IMG/VR virus record: IMGVR_UViG_3300028840_006692
DNA length: 64,000 nt
Strand: one strand, 5' to 3'
From: an uncultured virus (IMG/VR IMGVR_UViG_3300028840_006692)
Lineage: Duplodnaviria > Heunggongvirae > Uroviricota > Caudoviricetes
Position 1 is the stretch's first letter. Each line of letters opens with the position of its first letter. The notes under the pieces are model-generated. The model made no database searches. It was given only the letters and a program-made list of their open reading frames with translations, and was not told where the DNA came from. Below are positions 45,340-55,025 of the stretch, in pieces. Made by a program: the position numbers and the translations under genes.

Positions 45340-47519
45340 TTCCCTTCGGCAAGCTTTTGGTTGATTTCTGCTTTGCGGAGACGCCCATCTTCCGCGATTT
45401 GTTGCAGCAATCGAAGATGCATACCTTCTGGGAAATGCTGTTCTAGTAAGGTTTTCACCTGGTCATCGTTTGGATTGCCACCGCTTCGGTTGACAGCAGC
45501 CATAAATAAATTGCGTTTTTCTAGGTATAGCCTCTCAGTATTCGTGATTGTGCAGGTTGGCACACAGTAGCTGGCATCTTGGTTTTCACGTTCGAACCAA
45601 TCCCAACGGGTTCGAACTCTCTTTGGGGAGAGCACCCACACCGCACGCATTGGGTTTTCCGTGTTTGGGTTGGTACGTTCCCAGATTTCGAACGACCACA
45701 TACACCACTCCACCGGCGAAATCTTGTGTGCAATCAACTCCTTGGCACATTCGACAAGGAGGGCGTACCATCGCGAAGTCGTAATCTTTTTGGGGCGCGT
45801 GAAAGACCAGCACTTTTGCCCAAAGTGCTTTTCGTAAGCAGATCGATACCACGCAGCAAGCATTTCTGCGAGGTGTTCATCCGAATCGGTAGCATCGAGG
45901 TAGGGTGCTCCTGGTGTTAGCAGATCTGCAATGCGTGTTAGTTCTGGAAGGAAACTGAATGTACGCGTGCTTCGAGGGGTTGGTTTTGCTTGGGTTGATC
46001 CAAGGCCCATTCCGATTGGCTTGGATGCTGTGATTTGGATTTTTGATATTGGAGCTGCTTGGAGAGATAGGGATTGTGGGGGAGGCACAACCTCCAAAGC
46101 CGATGGTTCGGTTGGTTGAGGATATTTGGCCTTGCATTTGGTTCTTAGTTCAAAAACCTCTTGCTCGGCGTGTTTCGGGTAGCTTCCGGTTTCGGGGTTC
46201 CACCAATCGCAATGCTGAGCCCAGTCATACTTCCAATCTTTGAGGATTACTCTTTTTCGCCCAATGCGGCGTCTTCCGTTTCTTTTACGTGTTTCAGATT
46301 TTTTTTGAGTCTGGTGATGCGTTACTTTTGCAGAAGACGCAACATCGGATGCAGAAGCGGATCCGGATGGAAAAAAAGAAGACGCGCGACCCGGGCCCGG
46401 GTCGCCGTCCCTCTGGGACTCTCTCCGGATCTTCTTTTTGTTTAACTCTTCTTCTCTTAATAGATCCGGTGGCCCGGTTTGGTTTTCGGGGGGGTCAGCC
46501 CGGTTTGGTTTTTCGTCAACAAAAACAATAGGATTGTAGGGGGTCGGCCCGGTTTGGTTTTCGGGGGGGTCAGCCCGGTTTGGTTTTGGGTCCTGCACGC
46601 CCAAGACGCTCGAAAAAGTATACCTTGATGTTTGGGGGGTATTGTGGTTGTTTGTAGGTGTAGGTGCATAAGGATCGTTTGCTTGGTCGTACTCTTTTAC
46701 CGGTCTTGGTGGTCGTGTTTCGATTCGTACCTCTTGGCCGGTCTCTTCCATTTTTCTTCGGAGGTACTCTTCGATACTGATTTTTGGTTCGCCTCTTTTG
46801 TAGATGTCTTCTGGTTTTGGTGCGGGAATGGCCTGCTCGAAAGCGCGTTTCCCGACGGTGTATAGGGGTGGATCTCCGATCGCTTCGCAGTGAGGCAGCA
46901 CCGCGGCCACAGGTGTGGGCTTGTGATCCGGGTTGAAGCGTTCGTTGATTTCTTCGGGTGTTAACCCGCCCGTTGCCCCCAAGTCGGTGGGGTTACAGCG
47001 CAGTGGTCGGTGAAAGAGGGTGCTCTTCTGTGGTTTTGAGGGTCTGCCCCCACCGCGTTTGCCCCCGCGCTTGTTGGCTGTTTTGAGCCAGCGCGCGGTG
47101 GTTATCGGAACGGTTGCCAGCTCGGACAAGCACGCTCCTGCGAGCGTGTGGATGTAGCAAGGCACCTGGATGTATGCATCGATTTTGGTATATTTTACGA
47201 GTCGTATCTGCCAAGGCTTGCGTGCTGATTTGATAAGGTCGGCTTTCGACAGCTTGGTCAGTGCACGTTTTATTTGCGGTACGCTTAGCTTATTTTTGAG
47301 GCGAACCCCCTCGTAGTCGTGCTCTGGTGCCACAAATTGAGCGATACCTTCGATTGTGATGTGCACCGTTCCGGCGGAGTCTCGAAGCGGAAGGAGCGCT
47401 ACCCAGATAGCCCATGCGTTTGGGCCGAGCGCGCCTCTCAGTTCGTTGACTGGGACCTGCGTGTGGTTTTGGGGTGTTTGATCGGGTGCTTCGATGAGAA
47501 TGTGTGCAGGGATGCTCAT
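45324..47519 (-). CDS. Putative replication initiator (N-terminal HTH, internal iteron-like repeats)
   Basis: LG.NAWAIW..L...ITIEGIA...SVPQIKRALTKL.KADLI wHTH-like region; lies directly upstream of helicase and primase; start uncertain (47519 or 47615). Confidence 0.55.
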   Translation of the reverse strand: MSIPAHILIEAPDQTPQNHTQVPVNELRGALGPNAWAIWVALLPLRDSAGTVHITIEGIAQFVAPEHDYEGVRLKNKLSVPQIKRALTKLSKADLIKSARKPWQIRLVKYTKIDAYIQVPCYIHTLAGACLSELATVPITTARWLKTANKRGGKRGGGRPSKPQKSTLFHRPLRCNPTDLGATGGLTPEEINERFNPDHKPTPVAAVLPHCEAIGDPPLYTVGKRAFEQAIPAPKPEDIYKRGEPKISIEEYLRRKMEETGQEVRIETRPPRPVKEYDQANDPYAPTPTNNHNTPQTSRYTFSSVLGVQDPKPNRADPPENQTGPTPYNPIVFVDEKPNRADPPENQTGPPDLLREEELNKKKIRRESQRDGDPGPGRASSFFPSGSASASDVASSAKVTHHQTQKKSETRKRNGRRRIGRKRVILKDWKYDWAQHCDWWNPETGSYPKHAEQEVFELRTKCKAKYPQPTEPSALEVVPPPQSLSLQAAPISKIQITASKPIGMGLGSTQAKPTPRSTRTFSFLPELTRIADLLTPGAPYLDATDSDEHLAEMLAAWYRSAYEKHFGQKCWSFTRPKKITTSRWYALLVECAKELIAHKISPVEWCMWSFEIWERTNPNTENPMRAVWVLSPKRVRTRWDWFERENQDASYCVPTCTITNTERLYLEKRNLFMAAVNRSGGNPNDDQVKTLLEQHFPEGMHLRLLQQIAEDGRLRKAEINQKLAEGKWVWG
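46472..46587. repeat. Four iteron-like copies of GCCCGGTTTGGTTTT (candidate origin)
   Basis: Copies start at 46472, 46498, 46547 and 46573; AT-rich tract at ~46431-46462. Confidence 0.7.
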
Positions 47520-47584
47520 TTTTTCCCTTTGTGTTGTGGCATCGGATGCCGTTGTTGGTTGTTTAGACCGTTTTGCCCGTCCAG

Positions 47585-48967
47585 CTAGCTTGCACGGGTT
47601 GCCGTTTGAACGCAAGCATTTATTCCAGTTTCTCTTTTTCTGCTGGAAATATCAATGGTTGTGGTATGGTATCCTCGGTGTTTGTATGCACGCACACGAT
47701 TGGAGGCTTTTTGAGCCAATAGGCGCGTTTGCGTGTCGAGGAAGTCGAACACTTGGATCTCGGGATCGTTGTCGGTGTGGGTTACTTCTTGCCTGAGAAT
47801 ATCAAGGCAATCGGTTTGCGTTTGCGCTCCACCCGCCAGGATGACGGAGCGAACAGTATTTAGGCCGAGAGTCTCGAGAGTGCTGTTGGTCACGATCGCT
47901 GCTTTCAGAGTGCCCTCTCCGAGCTGTTTGAGGATGCGCATGCGATCGTCTCCGGATAGTCTTCCGGATATGTTTGTTGTGGCGATACCCTCCCGAGTCA
48001 TTGCGGCGGCAAGCGCGTGTCCGTGGGTGGGGTTCGTGACACACACAAGTATGGGCTTGCGAGCCGACTGACACACATGGCACATTGCGCGGATTCTTTC
48101 TTGGCACATCATGACGCATTGTTGGTATGCGCTATCCCAGTTGTAGTCCAGGTGCGGCAACCGCGCGTCCGAGTATCTTACGAGCGTGACTCTGAAGGTA
48201 GTGCTGCTTGTGGTTTTCACTAAGCTTAGCGGGGACAGCTTGTGCATTTGGGGTCCGACCACCCCAATCATCATCGCGTGTCTGTTGTTGCTGTTGTTTA
48301 TGCTTCGAGGTGATATGCCTACCCGATAATAGGCGTGTTTGGCGTGCTTCAAAACGGCAGCAAATGTTTTTGCGGATGCCATTGTGATATCATCCAGGAT
48401 GATGCCTTCCGCAGTGGATAGCAGGTAGCGCTTGAGTGCAGGCTTGTTTCTAATCGCTTGATAGGTTGTGTATGTGATGTTCGTACTAGCCGATCTTATC
48501 GTTGCGTCTGTCACTGTGTAGGTCGTTCCAGTAGCGTCTTTACCCGCTTCTGCTACGTGCCTAGCTGTGCTTGCTGCGTGGGATATGTACACCCAACGAC
48601 AAGGGACGGCTATGGATAATGCTATTGGTAACTGCAGTTTGCCTGCGCTTGAGCAGGCGTGTATGATCCCTCTTTTATTGAGGACTATGGTGTCCACCGT
48701 GTTCTTTTGGTATGGCCGGAGGAACATTAGGTTAGCGTTGGGGTTGGGGGCACATGTGATTTTCCTTGTGTCTATAAATCCTAAATGCACACCCTCTTTC
48801 TTTGCAAACTCTTGTATGATAGGGATAAATCCAGACGGGAATTCACCTGTGGACGTGTCGTACAATGACTCCATGTATCCTGTTTGGAGCTGCCCGTGGA
48901 GCCACCTTTGCTCTTCAGTTGTTGATCGCCGCACTATTGCATACGAATTGTTTACCTCTAAAATCAT
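47585..48967 (-). CDS. SF2 (UvsW/XPB-like) helicase with degenerate motifs
   Basis: LRPYQ Q-motif; Walker A reads ACSSAGKL, Walker B reads ILDDI; no QxxGRxxR; VFDFLD present. Confidence 0.75.
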   Translation of the reverse strand: MILEVNNSYAIVRRSTTEEQRWLHGQLQTGYMESLYDTSTGEFPSGFIPIIQEFAKKEGVHLGFIDTRKITCAPNPNANLMFLRPYQKNTVDTIVLNKRGIIHACSSAGKLQLPIALSIAVPCRWVYISHAASTARHVAEAGKDATGTTYTVTDATIRSASTNITYTTYQAIRNKPALKRYLLSTAEGIILDDITMASAKTFAAVLKHAKHAYYRVGISPRSINNSNNRHAMMIGVVGPQMHKLSPLSLVKTTSSTTFRVTLVRYSDARLPHLDYNWDSAYQQCVMMCQERIRAMCHVCQSARKPILVCVTNPTHGHALAAAMTREGIATTNISGRLSGDDRMRILKQLGEGTLKAAIVTNSTLETLGLNTVRSVILAGGAQTQTDCLDILRQEVTHTDNDPEIQVFDFLDTQTRLLAQKASNRVRAYKHRGYHTTTIDISSRKRETGINACVQTATRAS

Positions 48968-49266
48968 TTTGCTACGCCCTTTATTATATTGTCTAGCTCT
49001 TCTCGGATGCTTTTTACGACGTTGCTTCTAGTTGCCCACAGAAAGAAATTCGGTTCTATTGTTAGGCGTATTCCTGTTGTACTAGCGTCCAACCTGCCTT
49101 TGGTTCCCTTGGCAACGCCCTCTGTGCACACGAATACCACGGAACCGTTTTGGTATCTGTGCACAAGCCCGAACTCTTCTTTGAGGTTGGCTATCACCTG
49201 CTCGACGACTTGGATGATAGTCTTGTTATCTGCTTGGATAGCTTGCTGGATCGTGATTGTCCGCAT
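48964..49266 (-). CDS. PHA_gran_rgn-like small protein
   Basis: I.I.......V....L.EEFGL......V.F.....G..G.L......I.L.I...F.L.A....V...I.EELD pattern across ~95 aa. Confidence 0.55.
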   Translation of the reverse strand: MRTITIQQAIQADNKTIIQVVEQVIANLKEEFGLVHRYQNGSVVFVCTEGVAKGTKGRLDASTTGIRLTIEPNFFLWATRSNVVKSIREELDNIIKGVAK

Positions 49267-49318
49267 GATTGGAGTACCTCTTGGGTTACTCTACCCTACG
49301 GTTTGTTGTATCTGCAAG

Positions 49319-50461
49319 TTATTCGATCGCAATGCCAAGCTTTGAGGCTTTGGTGATTTTTGCTTTGGATGCGGTGGCCGCTACGAGCGTAATTCGTCCG
49401 TTTGAGTCCACATGGTAGGTGGTGCCCCGTGCGCCTGCGATCTTGCCGGTGCCAGGGAGCACGTCTGTTGGGTGTACTCTTCCCGATAGCCCGGATTGTT
49501 GGATTGCCTCGAAAACGTCAAAGTTGGCTTGAAATCCTTGGGGGCTGATCTTGTTTTTTTGTTGTTGGTCGAACCATCGCTTGCCCTCCAGTTGCCCCAA
49601 AATCGAAAGGGCACTGCGGTTTTTGATGTTGAGCGTTGTCACCGGGTTGGGCTGGGTTGCCGGCTTCCGGGTTGCTGGCTTCCGGGTTGCTGGCTTCCGG
49701 GTTGCTGGCTTCCGGGTTGCCGGCTTCCGGGTTGCCGGCTTCCGGGTTGCTGAAGGGTTGGGGTTGGTTGTAGTGGGTAGCGCGAGTTGTTGTGCGCTGG
49801 TGGTTGGCTCAGGTGTGAGCACCAGCGGATTTGCCTTGCTTGTGGGGGGCGCCCTCCTGGATTTCCGGCTTGGCGCTTTTTTGACCGCTTTTCGTGCGGT
49901 GCTGCGTGTGTTGCCGGGGTTTTTTGTGCTTTTGGGGTAGTCCTTGATTGGTATCAGTGGCGGTTGGCGCAAGGTGATCCCGAAGCACGAGGCCGCTTTG
50001 GCAATGTTGACGTAAGCCTGTCGATACTGGGCAGGTGTGATGGACCCATCGTTCCACATCATATTTAGGCGCCCCAGTGCTGCTTGGGTGTGTCCCTTGT
50101 CGTGGATGGGCAGAGCCTTTTTTGCTGGCAGCGCGAACATTTTTTTGGGGATTTGGCGGCGCCGTGCGGCGGTGAGTGCGCCCTTGGGGACTACGCGTTT
50201 GGTTGGGCATCGGGTGTATGTGAGTTTGGGGGCAGTTTTGGATTTCGTTGCGGCCATGGTGCGCTCCATCTGCTCGAGGTGGTCATAGTATCGAGGGTGT
50301 TCCATGAGATGGTCTGCCGCGATCTCCCGAGCGATTGCGCGGTTGGTGGTGTGCTCCATCTCGACTTTGATTCCCTTTTTGAGTTGGGCGGGATCAAATT
50401 GCCTGTAATCTGCGGTGTCTGCTAAACCGCCTTTAAGCCGGTCTTTGGGTTTTCGTGTCAT
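49319..50461 (-). CDS. Modular protein: DUF5661-like, DUF6582-like, basic (PATRK)n linker and shared C-terminal domain
   Basis: QLKKGIKVEMEHT....AREIA.DHL.E.P.YY; LT...R..IP...FALP....PIHD..H...AL.R; C-terminus aligns by eye with those of 50466 and 55026. Confidence 0.7.
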   Translation of the reverse strand: MTRKPKDRLKGGLADTADYRQFDPAQLKKGIKVEMEHTTNRAIAREIAADHLMEHPRYYDHLEQMERTMAATKSKTAPKLTYTRCPTKRVVPKGALTAARRRQIPKKMFALPAKKALPIHDKGHTQAALGRLNMMWNDGSITPAQYRQAYVNIAKAASCFGITLRQPPLIPIKDYPKSTKNPGNTRSTARKAVKKAPSRKSRRAPPTSKANPLVLTPEPTTSAQQLALPTTTNPNPSATRKPATRKPATRKPATRKPATRKPATRKPATQPNPVTTLNIKNRSALSILGQLEGKRWFDQQQKNKISPQGFQANFDVFEAIQQSGLSGRVHPTDVLPGTGKIAGARGTTYHVDSNGRITLVAATASKAKITKASKLGIAIE

Positions 50462-50465
50462 CTTG

Positions 50466-53400
50466 TTACGCTTTCGCTACTCGGAGGATGCCATTCGCTC
50501 GTTGGCGCTTCTCCGGGGTGGAGTATTGTTCCAGCATGAGGACTTCTCCGTCTGCTGCGATCGCGTACCAGGTACCCCGTGTTCCCCGGATCACGCCCCC
50601 GCGGGGCATCACCTCAGCAATGGTTTTCCCTGCTGCGGCTTCACCGGTTTTCACCATGGCCTCGTAGGCAAATCGGTTCATGTGGATGCCGTAGGGTGAC
50701 GGGTTCGGCTTGGTCTGGCGTTCGGCCCATCGGGTTCCTTCGATGATGCCCATCCTTTCCACCACGTTGGGATCGGTGAGGTAGAGCCGCGTTTCGACCA
50801 CCCGCAGCTTCGGGGGGGCTTTGGGTTTGCGTTTTCTTGGAGGCGCTTTTGGCGCTACGGCGGCGAATTGCTTTTTGAGCTCGGAGATCTCCCTCGGGCT
50901 CAGCCGCTCGGGGATGGGGCGTTTCTTGCCCTTGATCAGTTTGGGTTTTGCTGGTGCTGGCTTGGGTGCTGGTGGGAGAGTGTCTTTGGGCAACACCGGT
51001 TCGTCGGGGGAGTAGATCTCGATCAGAGATTGCAACCGATCGATGATTTCTTGCATGCTCACTTCAAAGAGTTTTGCTCCGGTGTCGTCCGGCCCGGTTT
51101 CAAATTGGATCGGTGTGTCTGGATAGGCGATTTCGTAAGCGATTGCGTTATCTAGGGTGCCTTCCCATATTGATAGCTGGGTTTTGTAGTACTTGGTTAT
51201 GGCTGCTCGCGTGCGGCTGTCCTCTATTGGAAATGCAAGTATATCTAGCTCAGCATTCGGATCGAAAATCACACCTCTAATGAGCGCATTGTTCGCCGCT
51301 AGATTTTCGACAATACTGATGGGGCTGTTTACCCAGACCTTATTTGCAGCTGCTAGGTTTTCGAAAACACTCGAAATTGCGGCGATTATGAACTGTTCGC
51401 TGTGATGGCTATAAATGCTTGGGTTTCTGTTTATGTCTTCAAGTAGCTCTTTATGGCCTCCGGTAGCTCCGAGAGAGTATGTGTTGTTTATTGCTGTGTA
51501 TATTTTGTTTACGACTTCTTCGCTGCTATCCATAAGCCAGGACTCAAGCACGTGTGCTATGAGTGCGGTGACATTTTGACTTTTGACTGGCTTGGGTTGA
51601 GGTATAGGATCGCAGGTGAATAGCAGGAGCTTGTAGTCTTTGGGGTTGTAGGCAGATTCTACCCAGATGTACCCATCTTGCCACGTAACAGAGGTTTCCG
51701 TGATGTCGAGATGCGGCTCTAGGTTGATTTTGAGCGTGACCATCTCTCGGACGCTCTTCCACCAATCGCGCATGGCTTTGGTGGAGGCGAAGGCTGCAAA
51801 TTGCTTGTCGATGATTTCTTCCGCCAGCGCGTCGATCTTGGTGGAGGCCACCACGCGAAGGCGTTGTGCCAGATCGGACAATGCTTCAGCGAGCGATTCG
51901 ATGAGGGCGTCAATCGTGTTTGCTGTCACACCGCTTGGTGTGGGGACGTAGCCGGCTCCGTCGGTGAGTGCTTGAGCTGCTTGTTTTGGTGTGAGGCATA
52001 CTCGAGGTTTGGGCGCTTCCAGCGCGAAGGGGACGAATTTGACCTTCGACCCTTCCAGCACCACCGGCTTTGCTGGGGCCTTGGGCTTTGCTGGGGCCTT
52101 GGGCTTTGCTGGGGCTTTGGGCTTTGCTGGGGCCTTGGGGGGTGGTGTTGCTTCGCGTTCGCGTTCTTCTGCTGCTTCTCTCCATGCTCTCCAGGCGGCT
52201 TGTGAGTTTTCGCGAACCTTGGCAGCTACTGCTCGATCTGTTTGTTTGAGTTTTTCGGCTTGGTCGGCCAGGCCGTCTGCGCGGCGTGCAGCGATGTCGA
52301 ACGCTTGGGGTTTGCCCGCGCGTGCGGCTCGCCTGGCGGCTTCCAGGTATTTTTCAGATTCGGCTGCTATGCTTTGGAGCTCTTCTAGCCTTTGTGTATG
52401 CAGAGCTTTGGGATATTCGGGTGTTGGTGTTGGTGTTGGCGCCTTGGGAGCCTCGGGGGCCTTGGGGGCCTTGGGGGCCTTGGGGGCCTTGGGGGCTGCT
52501 TGGTTTGGTATGGGCATGGGTTTTTGATTGGGGAGCGGTTTACCGTATGGCTTTAGTTCGGTTAGCCCGGATCGCATCGGCATCAAAATTCCACACAAGC
52601 GGACGTACTCACCATGATTTGCATAGGTTCTTAGCGGGTTTAGTAGTGTTGATTGAGCAAATGTGACTTGCTCGTCTGTGATGACGTTGCATAGATCCAG
52701 CGTATATTTGGGGGCTAGCCCGATGTGGGGTGGGTTTCCAAGGTACTTAACAGGTATTTGTTGCACTATCGCCTCGTCTGATGAGGCCACACGCATTTTG
52801 CCCTCGTTGTCAGTAAGCATCATGCCCTCTGCTTTTGCGGCAACAAGGGCCGCACAAGCTTTTTTCAGATCTTCCGTGCGACAAGTCCAAATGCTATCGG
52901 GTTTTCCGGTGCTGCTTGTGCCGGTTACAAAATCTTCAATGTTTGGAAACTGTGCGTCTACTTCTTTGTAGATGATCCATCTTTCGATCTGATTGCTGCT
53001 TGTTTTTGGCATGTAAAACCATTTATTGGGTTTTTTGCCCCCATATCTGATTGGCCGCACGTCGCCGGTAAGCTTGCTTGTGAGGGAGGGTAGCAGCCGG
53101 AACGCCTCTCGAGGCATGAGGCTTGTGCTGTTGGTGCTTCCTGGGGGTGCCTCTGCTTCGGCGACGGTCAGACGGTGGCCATCGGTTGCTGATACGCGAA
53201 CCGTGGTTGATTGAGGGGAGTTTTCTGTTTCGATGTAGGCGCTGTTGAGGATTACTCTGGTGGTGTCTGTCGAAATGAAGGGCTCTGTTGTTGCCGCCAG
53301 AGCCGACAAGGCTGCACTCGAGATGGTCATCGTCACGTCGTCGAGGTTTGGTTGAGGGATGCCCGGCCAGTCTCCTGTGTAATGCCCGTTTAGGGACACA

Positions 53401-55016
53401 TTGAAGCCTGTGTGTTGTTCATAAACGTTTATTTGGTATTGGTAGTCATAGCCTGTAACTTCTTGTCGCGATAGGCGGATTACAGAATCACTATCAAAGA
53501 TCGATAGCACTTTTTTCAAGGCTTTGGCGTCGACAAGGGCGGATATGTTGCCAGGTGCGCCTACTGGGATCGTTGTGCGCCCCTCCATGTACATATCGCT
53601 ACCTTCGAGTAGCACCATGTTTTCGTGCGAGTCAATTTTGATGTTTGCCAATACTGCCATAGTCGATTTGGCGTATGTAAACTGTGCGATAAACTTGACA
53701 GCGTCTTGCCAGATTTCTGCGGGCGCCGGCGAAGTGTCACCCGAATGTGGGCCACGCTTACTCAAAAATGAGTGAGGGTCGTCTTCTTTCGAGTCCTTTG
53801 AACCTTCTGTAGATGCTGGCATAACAACTGTAGACACACGTACGTTTGCGATTGTGTCGCGTATTGCGACGTATTCGAGGTAGTCTCTAAACTCTAGTTC
53901 GATGGCCTGGGGGGAGTCTTGGATCTTGACGAACATGTCGATCGCGGCCTTTAGGTATTTTGCGTTGATCCCCACTGATCTATACCAAAATTTCCCTCTT
54001 TTTGGTGCGCTTGCCAGGTTGTACCCAATTCGTAGGCCGTCCACCTCTGCGGCTATAGCGCTTTGCCCCTCATCGTCGATGAAGAACTGCACAATCCCCC
54101 TATTGTCTCCTGTGATGTCGACGGAGCTGGTAGCATCCATCACACCTGCAAGTTTGATGACTCTTTCGACTTTGGGTAGGTCAGTTGTGAGGTTGATTTC
54201 TGTGGTCCAGCCGTAGTCTCTAGGCGCCAGGAAGCTGGCGTGATCGGGAAAGTTCATGTTGCCCAGAAGCACGTCAAAGCGTATTTGGGCCCCGGCTACC
54301 TCCACGGTGAAGGTTGCTGCATCTGGATTGGTTGCAATTGAGGTTTTGCCTACTTTTTTATGCTTGGCGCAATATAAGATGCTATCGACTATCAACGCTG
54401 GGATTAGTATTTGGGTCTTTCCTAGTCCTTTGGCTGCTTTGGTTGCTTTGGTTGTAGCAGCCACCAGTCTATGTCCATCTGTGGCGACCAAACTAAGGTC
54501 TTGTGTGGTTACGTCTAGTAGGACCGCGTTTAGGGTTTCGCGCATGGTGTCACGCGACATAATGGGAGCTGTTGCCGCAAAAAGCGCGTTGAATGTGGTG
54601 TTTGGGTATACTACAGCTTCGGTTGACCTTGGTAGGTCTTTGGGTGTGCCTCCGAGCTTGGCGTCTTTGATTTCGTAGGTTGCCTGCCCGCTTGTAAATG
54701 TGAGCCCTATTTTGGCTTTTGGGGCTTTCCAGTATACTTGGGCTTCTTGGGTTTTCGCCAGCACCTTTTTGACGGTTTGCAGCTCTTTGCTCTCGATTGA
54801 TATGGGTTCGTCCTTAGGAGTAATGTGGTCTTTGCTGATGGTCAATACTTTGGCTTCTACTCTATGCGTTTTGTCGAATTGCCTCATGTATTTGGTGAGC
54901 ACCAGCTCGCCGTCTACGGTTGATATGAAGACTTCGTCGCGTGCGTATGTTTTTTCTTTGATCTTAGCTAATATGTCTATGGCTGCAATTAGCGAATTTG
55001 TGTCTACTACCAACAT
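50466..55016 (-). CDS. 1516-aa polyvalent protein with two tandem DNA pol III beta-clamp-like units and a shared C-terminal domain
   Basis: Unit 1: SRD.MRETLNAV, VATDGHRL, FPD, GINAKYL, VVMP. Unit 2: STD.TRVILN, SATDGHRL, QFPN, LAPKY.LD, ILMPMR. Confidence 0.75.
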   Translation of the reverse strand: MLVVDTNSLIAAIDILAKIKEKTYARDEVFISTVDGELVLTKYMRQFDKTHRVEAKVLTISKDHITPKDEPISIESKELQTVKKVLAKTQEAQVYWKAPKAKIGLTFTSGQATYEIKDAKLGGTPKDLPRSTEAVVYPNTTFNALFAATAPIMSRDTMRETLNAVLLDVTTQDLSLVATDGHRLVAATTKATKAAKGLGKTQILIPALIVDSILYCAKHKKVGKTSIATNPDAATFTVEVAGAQIRFDVLLGNMNFPDHASFLAPRDYGWTTEINLTTDLPKVERVIKLAGVMDATSSVDITGDNRGIVQFFIDDEGQSAIAAEVDGLRIGYNLASAPKRGKFWYRSVGINAKYLKAAIDMFVKIQDSPQAIELEFRDYLEYVAIRDTIANVRVSTVVMPASTEGSKDSKEDDPHSFLSKRGPHSGDTSPAPAEIWQDAVKFIAQFTYAKSTMAVLANIKIDSHENMVLLEGSDMYMEGRTTIPVGAPGNISALVDAKALKKVLSIFDSDSVIRLSRQEVTGYDYQYQINVYEQHTGFNVSLNGHYTGDWPGIPQPNLDDVTMTISSAALSALAATTEPFISTDTTRVILNSAYIETENSPQSTTVRVSATDGHRLTVAEAEAPPGSTNSTSLMPREAFRLLPSLTSKLTGDVRPIRYGGKKPNKWFYMPKTSSNQIERWIIYKEVDAQFPNIEDFVTGTSSTGKPDSIWTCRTEDLKKACAALVAAKAEGMMLTDNEGKMRVASSDEAIVQQIPVKYLGNPPHIGLAPKYTLDLCNVITDEQVTFAQSTLLNPLRTYANHGEYVRLCGILMPMRSGLTELKPYGKPLPNQKPMPIPNQAAPKAPKAPKAPKAPEAPKAPTPTPTPEYPKALHTQRLEELQSIAAESEKYLEAARRAARAGKPQAFDIAARRADGLADQAEKLKQTDRAVAAKVRENSQAAWRAWREAAEEREREATPPPKAPAKPKAPAKPKAPAKPKAPAKPVVLEGSKVKFVPFALEAPKPRVCLTPKQAAQALTDGAGYVPTPSGVTANTIDALIESLAEALSDLAQRLRVVASTKIDALAEEIIDKQFAAFASTKAMRDWWKSVREMVTLKINLEPHLDITETSVTWQDGYIWVESAYNPKDYKLLLFTCDPIPQPKPVKSQNVTALIAHVLESWLMDSSEEVVNKIYTAINNTYSLGATGGHKELLEDINRNPSIYSHHSEQFIIAAISSVFENLAAANKVWVNSPISIVENLAANNALIRGVIFDPNAELDILAFPIEDSRTRAAITKYYKTQLSIWEGTLDNAIAYEIAYPDTPIQFETGPDDTGAKLFEVSMQEIIDRLQSLIEIYSPDEPVLPKDTLPPAPKPAPAKPKLIKGKKRPIPERLSPREISELKKQFAAVAPKAPPRKRKPKAPPKLRVVETRLYLTDPNVVERMGIIEGTRWAERQTKPNPSPYGIHMNRFAYEAMVKTGEAAAGKTIAEVMPRGGVIRGTRGTWYAIAADGEVLMLEQYSTPEKRQRANGILRVAKA

Positions 55017-55025
55017 CTTGTCCTC

